A stretch of DNA of 64,000 nucleotides from Candidatus Hadarchaeum sp. (lineage in GTDB: Archaea; Hadarchaeota; Hadarchaeia; Hadarchaeales; Hadarchaeaceae), in NCBI RefSeq assembly GCF_049969415.1, contig NZ_JBMFOX010000002.1, forward strand, positions 1 to 64,000, read 5' to 3'. Positions 60,943 to 64,000 of this stretch are shown piece by piece. Numbering within the stretch: position 1 is the first letter of the stretch; every line of letters starts with the position of its first letter. Below the pieces are notes generated by a model, which had not been told where the DNA came from, did no database searches, and saw nothing but the letters and a program-made list of their open reading frames with translations. The translations under genes and the position numbers were made by a program.

Positions 60943-62178
60943 ATGTCAGTCAGGATGCGCGGGTTCTCCCAGTACACTAGGCTTTCGGAGGCGCTCAAGG
61001 TAATACTCTCGAAAGTTCAACCGCTCGATCCGGAAAGCATACCTCTGGAAAAAGGATTAGGAAGCGTTCTAGCCGAGGACATTGTTTCCGAAGTGGATAT
61101 TCCTCCATTTGACCGTTCCGCTGTCGATGGCTACGCAGTCAGGGCGGAGGATACCTTTGGGGCCAGCGCACAAAAGCCAGTAGAACTACGCGTGGTCGGC
61201 TCCGTTGAAATCGGCGTTCCGCCAAAGATTGGTCTGAAAAAAGGCGAGGCAGCGAAAATAATGACCGGCGCCGTGATGCCGCGCGGCTCTGACGCCGCGG
61301 TGATGGTTGAGAATACTAAGTTGGATGGTACTAGGCTTAAGGTTTTCGCGCCTGTAACCCCAGGTAAGAACGTCTCCGCCAGGGGTGAGGATGTCCGCGC
61401 TGGCGAGATCGCTTTGGCAAAGGGGCAGCTGCTCCGCCCGCCAGAGATAGGATTGTTGGCGGCGATGGGCAAGTTAAGGATAAAAGTCGTTAGAAGACCT
61501 GTGGTCGGTGTCTTAGCCACAGGCAGTGAGCTGGTCGAGCCTGGGAAAAAACCGCCCCCAGCTAAGTTGGTCAACGCAAACACCCATTCATTATCTGCAT
61601 GCGTTCAGAGCTGTGGCGCTGTGCCTAAGAGTTTAGGGATTGCTCCAGATGATCCTGAAGTTATCAAGACGATTCTACGCCGAAGCACTGTTTACGATAT
61701 GGTCATCGTTTCTGGTGGCAGTTCCGTGGGGGAGAAGGATCTGGTTCCCGATGCCATAGCCGAAACCGGTGAATTGCTTTTTCACGGAGTGGCAGCTCGA
61801 CCCGGGAGCCCCTCGGGTTTTGGAATCGTTCGGGGAAAACCGGTTTTCGCTCTTTCAGGTTTCCCAGCGGCAGCGCTCGTGGGATTTGAGCTTCTGGTCA
61901 GACCGGCCCTTCTGGCGATGCAGTGTTTGCCGCCGGATTACGGTCGTTGCCGCATCCATGCTAAGCTGGCGCGCAAAGTTAGCTCCACCTTGGGTCGGCT
62001 GGAGGTGGTAAGAGTTAGCTTAAGGAGGGATAAGGGGGCAATTTTGGCCGAACCGATAGCGATAACGGGCTCCAGCGCTTTCAGCTCCCTGACCCGGGCC
62101 GATGGGTATGTCATGGTGCCGGAAAACGTTGAGAGGCTTGAGGCAGGGCAAGAGGTCGAGGTGGTGCTGTACTCTTAG
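60943..62178 (+). CDS. moeA: Molybdopterin molybdotransferase
   Basis: PPFDRSAVDGYA, TGA..P.G.DA, TG.EL, SGGSS.G..D. Confidence 0.95.
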   Translation: MSVRMRGFSQYTRLSEALKVILSKVQPLDPESIPLEKGLGSVLAEDIVSEVDIPPFDRSAVDGYAVRAEDTFGASAQKPVELRVVGSVEIGVPPKIGLKKGEAAKIMTGAVMPRGSDAAVMVENTKLDGTRLKVFAPVTPGKNVSARGEDVRAGEIALAKGQLLRPPEIGLLAAMGKLRIKVVRRPVVGVLATGSELVEPGKKPPPAKLVNANTHSLSACVQSCGAVPKSLGIAPDDPEVIKTILRRSTVYDMVIVSGGSSVGEKDLVPDAIAETGELLFHGVAARPGSPSGFGIVRGKPVFALSGFPAAALVGFELLVRPALLAMQCLPPDYGRCRIHAKLARKVSSTLGRLEVVRVSLRRDKGAILAEPIAITGSSAFSSLTRADGYVMVPENVERLEAGQEVEVVLYS

Positions 62179-62180
62179 GA

Positions 62181-63227
62181 TTAGATAAGCGGCTTGAGTT
62201 CCGGCGAGGATTGGAATACAAATCCCGGCGTGTTTTCCACTTCCCACCATGGAAGCATTTGGTAAAAGATGTTATAGTTACCGAACTGAACTCTCCAAAC
62301 AGGATAGGTTGATACGTTCGTGGTCACTGCGGAGGCTTGGATTTTTGCGTCTGAGGGTATGGCCACGATCAAGTTATCACTGACCTGGCTCCATGTTCTC
62401 GATCTCAGATGTTTGAGCACCGCTTCTGGTGAGTACAGCCAGCCGGTCAGATAAGCGTTGTCTGGTGAGGGACAGGAAATCCAGGAAAAGTTGTCCTTAA
62501 GTTCAACATTTTCCAGAAGTTCCACAACCCACCAGTTTTCGATAGCCCCGACCTTGGTTAGATTTTCCCTGCCTTCGGCGCGATTGATGGTAGTTTCGTC
62601 ACCTTTCCTGATTTTTATCAGAATTGAGTCTGTATTTTCCCACACGTACGATACCACGATGACGTTTTCTCCTGAATGTGATCCCAAGGCGTTGAAGTAG
62701 GCTGCGGCTATGGCAGCGGCCTCTTTGGGAAACTGCTTGGAGAAGTGATAAAATTCGGGGGGCTCGGTGGGGGTGATTTTAACCACTTTTTCCGCCTTGG
62801 CCTCGATCGGTGAGGCGCTGGCGATGATCACATCACCATTGAACATGAAATAGACTTGGCCTCCGGGCGAGAATTTCCCGTCCTCTACAAGAATGGTCGA
62901 GTTAACTACGGCTGAATAAGAGGAACCCGACCTCCTTCCAGCCAAAATGCTCACCACAAAGATGCTGTTTTCCTTTACGCTTATGGAGTAGGTACTGCCC
63001 CCCAAGTACTCGGGTAGATTGATCGAGTGCAGGCCGCCTGATATTGAGGCAAAGGCGGTTTTGGCCAGTTCATCCGCGAGCGATTCAGCCTGCTGGTCAA
63101 CCAAGGCGTTAAGCTGCTGGTCGTAGACAAAAAGGAACAGAGCGGCGAAAAGGATGGCCAGAATTGCGCCGAACAGTATTATCAGAGGAAGGTTGTGAGC
63201 GCCCTTTTCCTCAAGTTTTGCCGACAT
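62181..63227 (-). CDS. Hypothetical membrane/secreted protein with possible class III (pilin-like) signal peptide
   Basis: MSAKLEEKG|AHNLPLIILFG followed by a hydrophobic helix. Confidence 0.6.
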   Translation of the reverse strand: MSAKLEEKGAHNLPLIILFGAILAILFAALFLFVYDQQLNALVDQQAESLADELAKTAFASISGGLHSINLPEYLGGSTYSISVKENSIFVVSILAGRRSGSSYSAVVNSTILVEDGKFSPGGQVYFMFNGDVIIASASPIEAKAEKVVKITPTEPPEFYHFSKQFPKEAAAIAAAYFNALGSHSGENVIVVSYVWENTDSILIKIRKGDETTINRAEGRENLTKVGAIENWWVVELLENVELKDNFSWISCPSPDNAYLTGWLYSPEAVLKHLRSRTWSQVSDNLIVAIPSDAKIQASAVTTNVSTYPVWRVQFGNYNIFYQMLPWWEVENTPGFVFQSSPELKPLI

Positions 63228-63576
63228 ACACCCCCTCCTCAACACGGCGAATGATAAGGTTTAAATTTTGCCCGCTGTAGACCGGCCCGCTAACCGGAAT
63301 GCCTACGGGAAAACTCTTTGCAACACCGCCGATTTTAATCGATACTGCGTTGTCAGAGAAGCTGAGTTCACAGCCAGCCGGAACGAAGATCTGGATATAT
63401 TCAATCGACCCCACGTCCTGAGCCGCCATGGCTTGGATTCTTTCAGCTAGGAGTTGGGCTCGGTACTCAAATTCCCTCTCCGCAGCCCCTTGCTGGTAGC
63501 TGAAATACATGGTGAAGCCAATGCCAATGAAAACGGCAGCGAGAACGGCCATGGCTAGGTAGTCTAGGGCCTCCAT
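63211..63576 (-). CDS. Small pilin-like hypothetical protein
   Basis: N-terminal hydrophobic helix, amphipathic helix, beta-rich tail; overlaps the next gene start. Confidence 0.55.
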   Translation of the reverse strand: MEALDYLAMAVLAAVFIGIGFTMYFSYQQGAAEREFEYRAQLLAERIQAMAAQDVGSIEYIQIFVPAGCELSFSDNAVSIKIGGVAKSFPVGIPVSGPVYSGQNLNLIIRRVEEGVYVGKT

Positions 63577-63805
63577 GCGATCAAAGTTAATCTCGTCAAA
63601 TGTTCTAAAAGGGTTAATGTGATTTCCAATTTTGTCGGCCATTCGGTTTGGTGAAGTTTGGCCAAGACCTAATGAAGCTGTGAAATCATCTTAACTCTAG
63701 GCGAGATGGACCCAGCATGTTGAAAAATAATGTGTAAGAAGAGTTTAGTTCGCCCGACCAGAAATAAAAATAAGATTCAAGAGCTTACTCAAAATTGTGG
63801 TTGGG

Positions 63806-64000
63806 ATGGAAGCCATTGAGGCCATTCGGTTGCGGAGGTCGATCAGGTCGTATGAAAGGAGACCGGTCCCGAGGGATAAAATTGAAAAAATTCTAGAGGC
63901 CGCCCGTTTAGCACCTTCAGCGAAGAATGTTCAGCCTTGGTACTTCGTTGTGGTAACCGATGACGAGAAGAGGGAGAAGATCGCTAAAAGCGGCAGGTTC
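63806..64000 (+). CDS. Nitroreductase family protein (5' part; runs off window)
   Basis: Manual translation: [35 protein letters not shown]. Confidence 0.9.
   Translation, partial: MEAIEAIRLRRSIRSYERRPVPRDKIEKILEAARLAPSAKNVQPWYFVVVTDDEKREKIAKSGRF

Overview
Gene-dense archaeal chromosomal segment. Evidence for an archaeon: family-B polymerase with PIP box, fibrillarin/Nop5, proteasome beta, S24e/S27ae, EF-1beta, Dph6, SepCysS, and GGTGA-type Shine-Dalgarno motifs. The gene mix is compatible with a euryarchaeote-like anaerobe such as Hadarchaeales, but this is inference only. Left part (1-12 kb): an IS6-like transposase, an ABC importer with no binding protein, and a compact sulfur cluster. 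The cluster holds the DUF39-CBS/NIL-ferredoxin/UPF0280 homocysteine genes, DUF169, tRNA-Cys, SepCysS, an E1-like ThiF/MoeB, TusA and a JAMM protease. It is followed by a PD-(D/E)XK nuclease, an unannotated small RING-like zinc finger with an in-frame TGA at a Cys-ligand position, and a frameshifted DpnI-like restriction nuclease. Middle: DNA ligase, a NEW3-ABC operon, a xanthine-dehydrogenase-family operon ending in a ubiquitin-like gene with a capped C-terminus (GGG-KF), a YgeW-like transcarbamylase, and PolB. The rest is mostly housekeeping: bacterial-type GAPDH and Adk, purine salvage, PadR-ABC exporter, tRNA-Arg, Lhr, Moco genes and pilin-like genes. No CRISPR array, rRNA or intein was seen. 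All calls come from motif recognition by eye; no searches were run.
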